Position numbers and translations under genes: made by a program
In this document: positions 27,011-40,275 of the stretch, piece by piece
Layout of the letters: every line of letters starts with the position of its first letter
Position numbering within the stretch: the first letter of the stretch is position 1
The notes under the pieces: model-generated
Databases searched by the model: none
What the model saw: the letters and a program-made list of their open reading frames with translations, nothing else
Told to the model about the DNA's origin: nothing
From: Eledone cirrhosa
Lineage: Eukaryota
DNA: 64,000 nucleotides
Assembly: GCA_964016885.1 (NCBI GenBank)
Contig: OZ024741.1
Location: forward strand, 200,880,001-200,944,000
Direction of reading: 5' to 3'

Positions 27011-27726
27011 AAGTTTACATCTTTGTTTCACCCATACTTTACGATAACATTCATCCTTTGTGTACATCTGACAGCTTTCTCATTTTATATTTGTTTAATG
27101 GTTTTGAAATAGCTACTGGATGTTACGTCAGCCCTTCTATATTGTTGATCTGTTACTGATTTTCATATTTTGTGTTATATGTTATATTTTATTCATAATT
27201 ATAATATATAGTTTGTATATAGACAATTTATTGGCAGCATTAACGTAACCTTTTTATTTAAAAAATAAAAACAGTACTTAAAAAGTTCTTTTAATTGTAA
27301 ATTGAAATTCATTGAAACTTAAGCATATACGATATTACTAATGTTTTTATTGAACATATATGATGTTCTGCAAGATTAGAGCAAAGGCAATTGGCATTTA
27401 ACTTAAATTAGTGGAACTTCATTTGTTCTTTTCTAGTTTCAGTAAGGAAGGTGGTAGTGTGCATAAAAGTGATTCAGAAAAGAACTGTTTTTTTTTTGGT
27501 TCCAAACTAAATAAATATAAAGAACAACGCGTTAATCTAAAACCCAACGTTCTAATCAGCATCTAGATTTTGGCTTCACACAAATGTTTCAATGTGTGTT
27601 CTTATGCATGATTTCTTTCTTGCGTTTTAGCTGTATTAATTGAAGTGTGTATGAAGTCATATAACATATGTTTATGTATAATAAGCATACAAGGGTCTCT
27701 CTATGAATATTTGAAGCTGTGATTGT

Positions 27727-27913
27727 CAGACCTGCCAACCTCTAAAAACCCCAACGTTTTAAAAAGAAAGTACCCCAAAACGAGAAGAAATGAGGCAAAA
27801 TGGGAAGATTTTACATAATGAAACTATACCAATGTTCATAAGAGAAGACATCTCTCACCCACCCCAAAGGGAGTGGGAGATCTCCCCGTCGATGGGGAGG
27901 GTTGACAGGTCTG
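27727..27913. mobile_element. MITE-like non-autonomous DNA transposon
   Basis: Terminal inverted repeats CAGACCTGCCAACC / GGTTGACAGGTCTG; no clear TSD. Confidence 0.65.
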
Positions 27914-28000
27914 TTATGTAGCAGCTCACACGGCTACTAACATAGCTATGACAGGATCACAGCTTAAAATATTCACAGCTAGAAACTTGTATAATATAAT

Positions 28001-28180
28001 TGTTTCTACTTTAGGCACAAGGCCAGCAATTAACCAGTACATTACTGGTACTTTATTTTATCGACCCCGTAAGGATGAAAGGCAAAGTTAACCTTGGCAG
28101 GATTTGAACTCAGACCCTAAAGGGACGTAACTATGCTAGAAAGCATGGCGTCCAACCCTCTACCGATACTGCCAATTCAC
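28001..28180 (-). mobile_element. Main SINE copy with TSD
   Basis: TGTATAATATA(TA)AT on both sides. Confidence 0.9.
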
Positions 28181-28939
28181 TGTATAATATAATGATTGGT
28201 GAACCGTGAGAGTGGTCAGCTTTATTTTTTTTTTTTTATCTCGGTATTAAAATAAGTTGGATTACTTAAAATAAATCATGAATGAATATTATGTAATTTA
28301 TCTACTAAATTTCTTAACTCTTGAGTAAACATAAATAATCTTATATATAATGTATTGCTTATTTCAAGATTCACTTCCGTTAAAAGTTTCAAATTTCCAC
28401 TTCCGTTATATCACGTTGATATCATAACATTTCACCGTAAAGTCAGGTTCGTTAGCATACCCGGAATGTTGTATGTATAATAATGAAAATGTTTGTGTAC
28501 AATGCTCAGGTGCATTACAACTGTTGTACTTCTTTGATTTTATAAAATTAGTAACAATATACCTTTCTGGATATACCCTTATTATTGGTGAACTTACTTT
28601 TCGATTGTCACTTTTCGTTTTTGTGTGATGCACCAAGGAACCAACCAACAAACACCTCTCTTTTATTTTATGTATAGATTTTCATAAATATCTTCATCTT
28701 GATCATCGCTATACCACCACAAGCATAATCACTATTACCCCCCCCCCCATACAACCACCATGTGTATGTGTGCGCGCGCGTGAGTGTGTCGGCGTTGTTA
28801 AATTTGTGACATATGTGTGTGTGTGTCATATATATACATATGTGTGTGTGTGACACTGTTCTTAAGTTAGAGACATATATATGTGTGTATCCCCTTCCTT
28901 CCTTTTACAGACACATTGTGTGATGGACGTATGGACACA

Positions 28940-29480
28940 AGTCGTTCAAATTTATATACATGTGAGTGGAGTTCCACTGAAGCAGGTAGAGAAGTTCAAA
29001 TACCTCGGGGGCAGTAATGCACCAGCTTCAGCATTCAGTAATCAGAAGAAGGGAGGTAGGTGTAAAAGCCAAGCTCGGGATCTTCAATTCAGTTTTCGTG
29101 CCAGCCCTTAGTGGAAGTCATGAATCTTGGGTAATGACCGAAAGAATACGATCACGAATAGAAGCGGTTGAAAGGGTTTTGGAGAGTCGCTCTAGGTAGA
29201 GCCACTGTTTTTCCGAATTGAGAGATATTATGGGCATTTGGTTAGAATGTCTCAGGAAAAAATTGCTGGACAGATTTTGCGGGCAAAACCAACCGGTAAG
29301 AGACCCAGGAGTAGACCCCGAGCAAGATGGTTGGATAACATCCACGAGTTTGGCTGGTCTCGCTTGGGGATCCAGCTGGGTCAAACGGAGAAAGTTACTT
29401 TTGACAGGACCCGCTGGAAGGAGTCTTTGAGGACTCTGTCCCTACGATCCTCTCAGAAATAGGTGGGTGACGAAGAAAAT
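28940..29480 (+). mobile_element. RTE LINE 3' fragment with internal deletions
   Basis: LKQVEKFKYLG, HESWVMTERIRSRI, GHLVRM, GKRPRSRPRARW motifs. Confidence 0.88.
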
Positions 29481-31579
29481 GTCAATTTATTTTCAATTTA
29501 CGTATCATATCTATATGCATATATATATTTGCGTATAATATCAATATGCGCACTATATATATGCTAGCAGATAACCGCTCTTGTATGTTTATTATTTATA
29601 AATATATAGTATATGCCTTCATATGCACCTCTATTATAAAACTATGTTAGTACTACTGCTAATTATGTTTTACTATATTATATATGCAATATGAAGACAT
29701 TCGTGGCTCTACACATGAAAAGTTTCCCTCCGAAGTGCAGAATGGGAGAAGTTTTTTTTAATGAAAGACAGCCAGTTGTTCATGAATATATGTTTCCCGT
29801 CACCATGCTACCAACTCTTTTACCAAGGAAACGCAAGTGCCAATGCAGCTTGGTATCTGTTTTTTTCAAGCGTTGCTGTAAAAATGCAAAGAACCAAAAA
29901 CAGATACCTACCATCCAACGCTTTACAAATTCCACCAACCCAGTACACTGAACTGGTACATTATTTATCGGAAGAGTGAAAGGCGATGTTGACCTCAATT
30001 GAGATTTGAACTCAGAACGTAAATGAATATCACAAAGTATTTTTTAAATCATCGGAAAAAAGTACGGTTCTTTACGCTTTGATCTCAAACTACTAATAAA
30101 ATTTGCCATCCATTATTTCCAAATCAATAAAATAAAATAGCATACATGTACAGATATTGCTTTAATAGCCTAACCCCATGGAAAATCTGAACTCATGAGC
30201 CGATGTTAGAAATTACAAATGTAAGCAAAAAATCATTATAAAGTGTAAACAAATAAACGTTATCATGCTAGAATTAATATTGATTTTAATTTTAGTACAA
30301 TTAAACGAAGCAAACAAAGTTAATTGTCCTATCAGGTTACAATAGGATTATTCCGACTCAACTATACTTCTCTAGTTTTATATCAGATCAGAACCGGTTT
30401 ACTGCTTATAGTTTTTCAAACTCAAGAAGGACCTGAAATTAGCAATAGCTACCTTTAAACATTTTTCGAAACCGTTAATGTATCCCACGAAGTTAGTCAC
30501 AACAGTCAGAGGGTATGGTTTGTATTTTGCTACAAGCAATGCGATGTCTATGATTAACGAGCTTAACTCTTACTGCAAAGTTTTTTGTTTCTTGTCTTCG
30601 CAGTATGCGTCGACTCACACGATATCTGCGCTTTATATAGTCTTCATGTTGTAGGTTTATTAAGGGTTTTCTTACTACTACTTTTAACCCTACGCATCAA
30701 TATGTCACAACGACTTGCTCACATACATACTGTTTCTTCTCTTCCTCTCCTTAACTCCTACTATAGGAGCTTATACGTTGTCTGAGCAAATCAAACTAAG
30801 TACCAGATAAATAGTCAGTGTTGTTGGATCAGCGCTGATAGAGAAAACCTATACTCACAGGCTTTCAGCCATGACCCTACCGCCCTATTTTTATATCCAG
30901 GAATAGATTCTGCAATATCTCCCTTTTTAAGTGGGTAGGGTATGATTTGAGAAGATTAGGCTATTTTATTGAAACAGAGCATCTTAGACTGCACCATCCA
31001 ATGTGTCTTTTAAAACTCCACAAGATATTTCACAAATGTAATATGAACATAACATACAAACAATGTAAGTAGTAAACGTTTTATAAATGTCCCTCATGCT
31101 GTTATGAATGTATTTCAGCAATGACAAGGACAAAAGTGTTTTGCAATGATATACATGAAGGCGTAAGATCAGCTCAAGTCGAATCAATAAATAACGGAAA
31201 AAGAAAAAGAATTTTCGGAATATTTCAGAAACATTGTGACAACGTGACATACGCCTAACTAGATGCTTGTTTGTGACACAGCTAGGCGCTGGGGGTACTT
31301 AACTTCAAAGTACTATAAAATGGAAAATAATAGTGAAAGACGAATAACTTGTGGTTGGGTGAGGAACTGAGAGAGAATAAAAGATATGTCATTGAGAATT
31401 AAAAGTAATGATGGCAACAAAGTAAAAAAGGGAAAGGATATTATTCTACTGGATTGGCAGAATCGGTAGAGTGACAAAAACATTTTATTGCGGTATTAAG
31501 TTTGCCTTCTGGTTTCAAACAAAGCCACGGTTGACTTTGCTTTTTATCCTTGGTTGATAAAATAAGAACCAATATATTC

Positions 31580-31850
31580 GAAGCACGTGGCCTAGTGGTA
31601 AGGGTGTTGGACTTACGATTGTAATGTTCTGGGTTCGATTCCTGGACTGGGTTGTGTATTGTGTTCTTGAAAAAAACACTTCGTTTCACATTGCTTCAGT
31701 ATACTCAGATGAAAATGAGTACCAGCAATAGCAGGGGATTTAACTCTGCGATGGACTGGCAGCCTGTCCAGGGGGAAGTCTTGCGTTCCAAATCGCTTAT
31801 CGCCACGGAAACCGGGATAAACACTGCCCTGATGAACCTCTGGACATGAC
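31580..31850 (+). mobile_element. Second tRNA-derived SINE family, near full-length
   Basis: A-box TGGCCTAGTGG, B-box GGTTCGATTCC, central GCGATGGACTGGCAGCCTGTCCAGGGG. Confidence 0.85.
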
Positions 31851-31859
31851 TTGATGTGA

Positions 31860-33520
31860 CACTTTCAATGGAGTTTCGCTATTTTTCTAGTACCTGCCGT
31901 CAAACAGTCTTCTCCTTGTGCCACCACTGTTTGCCGAACCATGACGTTCCATGCTGTTCGATCTCGAGCGAGACCCCATACTTCTGCGGCTTTGATGTTG
32001 AAATTGTCAAAAAAGGACCTTCTTTGATGACTTCTGGCATTCTTCCCAGCAATTTATACGTTAATGGAAAAGTCTTCCAGCATGTTTTTCCCGATTACTT
32101 GTTCTAGGAACATTAATTGTCTCTTTTTAATAATGAGCAATATCTTATGTTCCATCCGCACTCTCTTCAAAACCTCTTCATTATTTATTCACCATAAAGA
32201 AGCGTTGACTAGACAAATGTTTACAGTAAACGAATGTTGATTGCGATTGAGAGGTTGCGATCGACAAAGATGGACCGAAATCTTGAGTATGCATCTTTAG
32301 CAAGAGCTATTCTTCTTCGAATTTCTTTCTTGCATCTGGCTTCTGAGGTGACCAGTGCACCCAGGTAATTGAAGGATAAAACCTGTTCAATGCAGGTATT
32401 GCAATGATACAGCTGACATGTTAGTGGTACCTCGTACTTCGATATAACCATTATTTTTGTCTTCTTGCTGTTGATGTTAATTCCCAATCAATCACCGGCA
32501 ACAACTATTGCGTCAAAGAGTCTCTGTAGATCTTCACCCGATGTGGAAAGAAGCACCGTATCATTGGTTCATCCCTCTTCATCCAAATCTTCTAACATTT
32601 CAGCACAGACCTCATCTGAGCCGGCTGCTTTTCATGTCTTTAAAGTTTGCAAAGACTATTTAACCTCGGATTTGAGAATGGGCGGATCTGTTTCAATATT
32701 GCCTTGGGTGGTGTCTTCTGATATATGATCATCAGAAAATAAATCTTGAATGTACTCTTCCCAGCATAGTGAGACATCTTTGGACTCATGAAGAACACGA
32801 CCATCCCAACAATCTCGCTTACCTTATTAAGCTTTTCTTTGGCATTACAGTTAAGTCTTTCGACCTCTGTGTACTTTTCTTTCAACCACTGTTCTTTTTT
32901 CTCTTTGCATTTCCTTTTGTATTCTTGGTTGACCAGACGATATTGTACTTGATCCTGTTTTACGTTTCTGCGTTCCTCAAATAGATTCTTGAGCTCAGCA
33001 TTGAACCAATCCGTTGAGACCGGTTTTCTCTTTGGCTGCTTCCTGGTGGATGTTGTAATGTGGCTAAAACGATTCTCGATATCGATAGAAGGCAAATCTG
33101 GCAAACTCTTAAGAACTTGCGATTTGAATTCTGCACGTACACTATGATTATGTCTTAATTGATACATATCAAACTTTGGTTTCGTATTAGATTTTTCGAG
33201 GCACTTAAGTGATAACACGAATTTCGCAATTATTGGGTTGTGATCCGAGTCAGCGTCGGCACCTGGATAGATTCGAGAATTCTTAACCGCATTTCGAAAA
33301 CGTGTATTAATTGCAATATAGTCGATTTGATATCTCGTCCTGCTTCCAGAGCTTATCCAAGTATATTTTGTTGGGTGCATGTTTAAACAAGTATCCAAAT
33401 ATCACCCTCCTCACCAAGCAAGCTTGGCGGGGTTGCCTGTTTAGTCGCCGTCGACCGGATTATGCAACAGGTTGTACTGGATTACATGTTACCGGTAGCG
33501 CTCAAAAGCGACCTGACACC
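31860..33520 (-). mobile_element. RTE LINE with multiple internal deletions (5' leader, APE end, RT/thumb pieces)
   Basis: TW...YQIDYI...GADADSDHN (32640-33398); INSKKTKIMV, FNYLG, EIRRRIALAK (32221-32487); leader homologous to 53918-54045. Confidence 0.88.
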
Positions 33521-33814
33521 CGCGAAACATTAAGGACACAATTATTATTCGAACTACACCTCGTGAATGACTTTTCCTTTTTTCAAATTCAGTTTTTCCT
33601 GTTTTATTGTATAATTATATTTATTTTACGGATTTGAAATGAAACACGTAAAATAAATAAATAGCTCTTGTTCACCGTGCTTCTCTCTGGCAACTCTCTT
33701 AAGTGTCTAATATTACAAGCGTCTCTCCAACTCAACCTACATCTCCAAACAAGCTGCACTTAATTTCTATATTTCTGAAACATACTTGATTACATTATGT
33801 AAAGTTTCATTGAG

Positions 33815-34425
33815 AGTGCTGAATTGGCAGAATAGGACATCGGATAAAATGTCATTGTGGTGTCTGTTGCGTCTCTTTACACTCTCAGTTCAAATTCCAC
33901 CACGGTCATCTTTGCCTTTCATCCTTTCCGTGTCGATAAAATAAAGTACCAGTCCAGTACTGGGGTTAATTTAATCAATATCCCCTCCTCCAAATCACTG
34001 ACCGTGTACCTAAAGTAGAAATCATTATTTAACGTTTTCCTGTTTTCTTTCTGAAATACTTCTCAGTACAGTAATGCACTGGGTAATTGCTGGCCTTGTG
34101 CCTAACGTAGAAACAATTATTTAAATATGATTCATTCGTTTATTTTCTTCCGTTATTTACTACTACATTTGCATATGGCTAAGTAGATTGGGTGTAGCGC
34201 CCCCAGTCGAGGAGAAATAAATATTTCTAACGTAAACACAAGGTCAGTAATTTGGGGGCAGGCAAAAATCATTTAAATCGACTCCAGTACTAAATTGGTA
34301 CTTATTTTATCAACACCTGAAGGAGGAACAGCAAAGCTGATCTCGGGAGGATTTGAAGTCAGAACGTAAAAGGCTGTAACAAAGCATTTTATCAGACGCT
34401 TTAACGATTCCGTCATTCCACTGCT
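33815..34425. mobile_element. Older SINE copies in opposite orientations
   Basis: Plus copy 33815-34030, 3' fragment 34065-34120, minus copy ~34225-34425. Confidence 0.75.
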
Positions 34426-35389
34426 CTATGGTAAAAAAATAATAATTAAATGGCAAAGTCCATCTGGCGGCCTATGCGTATAGTACACTGCTAGAACAGC
34501 GGTACTCTATAATTGATTTCTAATGTAGGCAAAAGGTCTCTCAATTGAGAAATGTTATATGGCCGATTATATTGGAACCCCCATTTCAGCACTGGTACTC
34601 ATTTTATCGACCACGGAAGGATGAAAAGCAAAATTGATCTTAACGAGATTCGGAATCAGAACGTAACAAAATACAGTATAGCATTTTGTCAGCAATCTCT
34701 AATTGGTCAGTGTGTAATGAACTGGATTCAGATCATCCCTTGAGTTCCACAAGGATAACTTTCTTAACATACATTATGTACAGACGAAGTCTTCGCTGGT
34801 TTATTAAAGTTTATCTAAGTTTATTAAAATATTTAACTCAGGTCAATTTTTACTCTTTTTACTTTAAACGTCTGGGACTATTATCTAACTTTTGTTTCAG
34901 ACTATAATTGAAGTAGCTGTCATTATTGTTGTTATTATTTTTTTTTTGTTTTTTTTTTTTACTTTCTTTTACCTTTGTCTTCTACCTCACTGGTTACCTT
35001 GACAACCTGCTATCACTTGTAGTACAACATGCACAATTCCTCTAAGCTAGCTAGTTTAAAGACAAACAAAAAAATGTAAGAAATTGAAGTTAATGTATGT
35101 CAACACATGACAGAAATTATTCATCATAATCATACCGACCGCGTAATACTATTCAACAAGGGGTCTGTTGTGTCTAGAAATAGCACCTACATCACGCTTA
35201 AGAAAACAAACAAACACACACACACATGAATATACACACACATGCATATCCCCCACCACCACCACCACCTCATTCCCCACATGCATACAGGGTAATGTAA
35301 TCCAGTATGATTACATTATCCTCTATGCAAGTGTGTATGTGTGTTGGGGGTGGACTTTTTGATCATGACTGAGCTGAGGTTGAATAATG

Positions 35390-35605
35390 ATTTCTAGTAT
35401 AGGCACAAGGCCAGTAATTTGGGTGGGAGGGGAAAGTCGATTAACTAGACCCCAGTGTATTACTGGTGCTTTATTTTATCGATCCCGTAAGGATGAAAGG
35501 CAGACTTAACCTCGACGAGATTTGAACTCAAACCGTAAATGACCCTAACTCTATGCTGCAAAACATGGTGTTCGACGCTCTACCGATACTGCCAATCCAC
35601 TGCCC
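35390..35605 (-). mobile_element. Main SINE copy
   Basis: Reverse complement of consensus. Confidence 0.87.
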
Positions 35606-36129
35606 TAAACTGGGGTTAAATAACGCTAATCAACAACAACACACTCCCATCAATTTCTGTTTCGTCTCTCTCTTTTCATTTCATAAGGTTTTTGTTTACA
35701 TTTATTTAACTTTTTATTCCCAATTTCCGCCAATGTTACATTTGTAGTTCGAAGCATGTTTCAATAGACAGTTGAATAATATTGATTTCTAATCTAGGCA
35801 CAATGCCAGAAAATTTTGGGGAAAGGCAAAGCGACAAAACAAAAGAAGTGAGAGGAAAAATATGCTATCTCTATATATATAAAACAGTAGATGTCTGTCT
35901 GTGTGTGTGTATGATTTTTATGCATTTCCACATTTCTCTACCGATTTTGATGATTTTTTTCCCAATGTGCTCCAAATTTACCAGGGCAGGTCACCGCGTA
36001 ATTAGTTTTGCCGAAGATTTCCTGCTTCTATGAAAAAATCGATAAAACTAAATACATGCTGTAACCCTCTCTCTTACACGCTTCATTCCTCTCACTACTA
36101 CCATCAAAAATATATGAAACTACATACAT

Positions 36130-36760
36130 GTTGCAACTCTCTTTAAAAGGTTCATCCTTTCCTCTACTCCCCCTTCAATCTCCTCTGCAACTCTCTTTAA
36201 AAGGTTCATCACTCTCTCTACTCCCCCTTCAATCTCCTCTGCAACTCTCTTTAAAAGGTTACTGTCTCCATCTACTACTCTATCACAATTTAGAACAACG
36301 ACAAAACTTCTTTTGAAGGAACGCGACACAAACTTTGAAACCTAAGCAACACAACAACCATAGCTTTACTCTCTCCGTCGCTCTTCCCTCTCTCTACAAT
36401 AGATTATTCCCTCTCTCTATAATTTAACTGCTTTACTCTCTTCATGCTTCGAGGTTTAACACTAGCTTCACTCTATCCGTCGCTCTTCTCTCTCTATATA
36501 ATAGATCATTCCCCCTATTCGTTCGGGAACGCGAAAAAACTTTGATAACTAAGCAACACATCATTTTATACAACGACAAACAGTCATAACGACATACTCT
36601 CTCTGTCGCTCTTCACTCCCTATATGACAACACTGCAGAGATAGAAACAATGTATATGATCAAATGGAGCGTTCCGTATATTCCCCCTCTCTATAATTTA
36701 ACTGCTTTACTCTCTCTGTCGCTCTTCACTCCCTATATGACAACACTGCAGTGGAGCGTT
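36130..36760 (+). repeat. Internal minisatellites of the Helitron 5' region
   Basis: ~54-bp unit TGCAACTCTCTTTAAAAGGTT x3 (36131-36260); repeated CTCTCTGTCGCTCTTC blocks to 36760. Confidence 0.8.
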
Positions 36761-36879
36761 CCGTATTGACATACGGCTTATCTGGGGCATTTTCAATCGG
36801 CTTATTGAAAATAACAACCCGCAAAATAACACTTCATATAACAGATTAATGCTATAGACATATGAATCGGAATGTAACC

Positions 36880-39761
36880 CGTGAACTTTTTCCTGGGCAA
36901 AATTATTCGAACAGACATGACCTCATTGCCGGAGTGTTCAGACTGAAACTGGCTAAACTCATGGCTTTAATCAAAGAGGTCAGGTATTTGGAGCTGTAAA
37001 ATGTGACATGTTCACTGTCAAATGGCAAAAACGAGGGCTGCCACATGCTCACATTTTGATTTGGTTAGCTGATAAAATCAATTCAAATGCCATATACAGC
37101 TTCATTTCGGCTGAAATCCCTAACCCAGCAACTGACCAGGAATTACATGACATCGCCAAAGGTAACATGATTCATGGTCCGTGTGCGTCGGGTCCTAATG
37201 GGCATCACATGTGTCTCAAAGGGGGAGGGTCGTGCAGTAGGGGATACCCCCCCCAAAATTTGTTGACCAGACTCAGACTGGTGGCGACGGGTACACCCTG
37301 TACAGGCGGAGACGGCCCGAGAACGGTGGCTTCACCACAACAGTAAAGGGAGGTCAAGTCGACAATAGATGGGTGGTCCCTTACTGGCCGCTTCTCTTGA
37401 AGATGTTCAACGCCCACATCAACGTTGAGTTTTGCAACTCCGTCAAGTCGATAAAATACATATGCAAATATGTAAATAAGGGCTCTGATGCCGCAATGTT
37501 CGCATTTCAAGCTGAAAATAGCAGGGACGAGGTCACAGAATACCTGGCGGGGCGGTACATCAGTAGCAATGAAGCTTTTTGGCGCCTATTTAGTTTACCC
37601 CTACACCAACGTCACCCCGCCATCGTACAGCTTACGGTACATTTGGAAAATGGGCAAAGGGTTTATTTTACGGACCAAACCGCCGCCAAGTTGGCCGCCG
37701 ATCCGAAAGAGACCACTCTGACGGGTTTCTTCAAACTTTGCCAGTTCGATACATTTGCGCAAACAATTGTGTACTCCCAGGTTCCATCTTACTTTATATG
37801 CTCGAAAAACACTTGGGTGCGAAGAAAGTCAGGTCAGGCTGCTCAAAGACATCTTGGTGTAAAATTTGACAGCTGTCTTGGAAGGGTTTACACTGTGCCC
37901 CCAAATCAGCATGAGTGCTTTCATCTCCGCCTTCTTCTGCATGAAGTTGTAGGCCCACAAAGTTTTCAGGATCTCAAAACTGTTGATGGAGAAATATGTG
38001 ATACGTACCGGGAAGCCTGCTTTAAGCGTGGTCTTTTGGAAGATGATTCGCAATGGGATTCCACTTTAGCAGAGGGTGCTTTGTTGAAATCACCTAAAGG
38101 TCTACGGGAACTCTTTGCTATTTTGCTTCAAAAGTGTGAATTGGGTGATCCCAAATCTTTATGGCTCAAGTGCAGGGACTTCATGTCTGAGGACTTCCTG
38201 CGCCTGGTTCATCTGCTGTATACTTCAGTGGAAGTTGGTTACAGCGACATTATCTACAACAGGGCACTCATTGATATGGGTGGGAGTGAGTTGGCGACGT
38301 GTGGCTTGCCGTCAACCGTCAGAGAAGAAGCTAACACGTTGGCCCCGGATTTGTTGCGGGAAACAGCATATGACATCGAATCTCTTTCCCAATACCTAGA
38401 CGAAAATGAGCCCAAACTTCTGTTGGACCAAAGTTTGTCCTATTTAACTATCGTTGACGCGGTTCAAAATCAGACTGGGGGTATTTACTTTCTCGGTGCT
38501 CTTGGGGATACCGGAAAAACTTATGTAACGAAATTGATTCTCGCTAAGATTCTTCAGGAGAAAAAAATTGCGTTGGTCGTTGTATCGTTGGGATCGCTGC
38601 TACTTTGCTGCCGGGAGGCAGGACAGCACATTCAACCTTTAAACTCCCCTTGGATTTAGTAAAAACTGAGACACCAACATGCAATATCAGCAAGAGTTCA
38701 CACGAAGCTCTGGTTCTCAAAAAATGTTGCCTCTTTGTTTGGAATGAGTGCACACTGGCACACAAGGGTGCCCTTGAGGCATTGGACAGTATCCTAAAAG
38801 ACATTAGGTAGTCTACGGCTCCTATGGGTGGCGTAACCCTTCTGCTATCAGGGGATTTTCGGCAAACGCTGCCTGTCATCCCCAAAGGGACAAGGGCTGA
38901 TGAAGTGCGAGCCTGTCTTAAGTCGTCCATGTTGTTGCTCCAGGTGAAGAGTTTGTACCTGAGCACAAATATGCGTCTCATCTGCATGGTGACAACATGT
39001 CTGCAGCATTTGCTCAGAATATTTTAGCACTTGGTGAGGGCAAGGTTCCTGCGGATGACAAGGGCGGCATGGCAATCGACTCCCTGTGCTACATTGTGAG
39101 CAGCCCTTCTGACCTTTGGGAAGCAGTTTTTCCTAATGTCTCATCTAACTTTAAAAACCTCGATTGGCTCAGCGAAAGAGCCATCCTTGCTCATGGTTAA
39201 TTTTATTAACTAGCAGCTGAGAAAATTCCCGGTAAAGAACACATCTTCAAATCTATCGACCGGACGTCAGACCCCGACGATATCGTTAATTATCCGGTGA
39301 GTTATTAAATTCCCTTAAGCCCCCAGGGCTCCCACCTCACATTCTTAAGCTTAGGGTTGGCTGTCCCATTATGCTAATAAGGAACTTGCGTCCACCAAAG
39401 CAGTGCAACGGTACTCGCATGGTCGTCAAGTCACTGACGCCCCACTTGATTGAGGCCACCATTGTAACGGGGTGCGGGAGAGGGGAGAATATTTTCATTC
39501 CAAGGATGAACCTTTTACCCTCGGCGTCAGATATCCCGTTCGATTTCCGGCGATCCCAATTTCCGGTGAGACCATGTTTTGCCATGTCCATTAATAAGTC
39601 ACAAGGGCAAACCATCGGTGGCGGGCATCCATTTGGGGGAGCCATCCTTCTCCCATGGCCAACTTTATGTTGCCTGTTCCTGCGTAGGGAGCAGGAATGG
39701 ACTTTTTGCTTACACTCCTCAAGGGATGACACGCAATATCGTCTATAAAGAGGTGCTATAG
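36880..39761 (+). pseudogene. Helitron Rep-helicase (HUH endonuclease + PIF1 helicase), frameshifted, N-terminally truncated
   Basis: WQKRGLPHAHIL, KYICKYVNKG, degenerate Walker [58 protein letters not shown]. Confidence 0.95.
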
Positions 39762-40087
39762 ATGTTGGTGCAGGCGTTGGAGGTGTTGGAGCTATGCCGT
39801 CTGGAAAACTGGTAAGGTCACCCATAGCGGACAGATCTGACACCCAGCGGCATCAGGGCCACCATCTTGCAACTTTGGTCTACTAAATTCGCTATTGGAA
39901 GATTATTAACCCATCATTGATTGTCCAAAATGCTAATTGGTTCGTAACCATTAATAACCGGTTCAACTGCTTTATGCACTTAATTGATAACCTTATGCGC
40001 TTTCAAGCTACGTTTACCTGTTTGTAACGTTTCATAGCAAATGAACAAACCCGAGCAGCGCCGGGCTAAACTGCTAGTCATAAATAT

Positions 40088-40275
40088 AATTGTTTCTACT
40101 TTTGGCACAAGCCCAGCAATTATCCCAGTGTATTACTAGTACTTTTATTTTATCGACCCTGTAAGGATGAAAGGCAAAGTTAACTTTGGCAGGATTTGAA
40201 CTCAGATCGTAAAGGGCCGTAACTCTTTGCTGCAAAGCATGGCGTCCGACCCTCTACCAATACTGCCAATCCATT
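40088..40275 (-). mobile_element. Main SINE copy right after the Helitron 3' end
   Basis: Consensus match starting at ATAAT. Confidence 0.88.

Larger units (their letters stand above)
35868..40077 (+). mobile_element. Helitron, both termini present, defective
   Basis: A|TC start (TCTCTATATATATAAAA) at 35868; 3' hairpin CCCGAGC-AGC-GCCGGG then CTAG|T at 40074-40077; RepHel inside. Confidence 0.92.

Noticed and set aside
27420-27660. Splice-acceptor-like pyrimidine tracts (possible micro-exons)
   Set aside because: No recognisable coding content; such motifs are common by chance in AT-rich DNA
31580-31660. tRNA gene (also the heads of the main SINE)
   Set aside because: A/B boxes are present but there is no complete cloverleaf and the sequence continues into a SINE body
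37373-39761. Host PIF1 helicase gene
   Set aside because: Fused to a HUH Rep domain, intronless, frameshifted and inside Helitron termini
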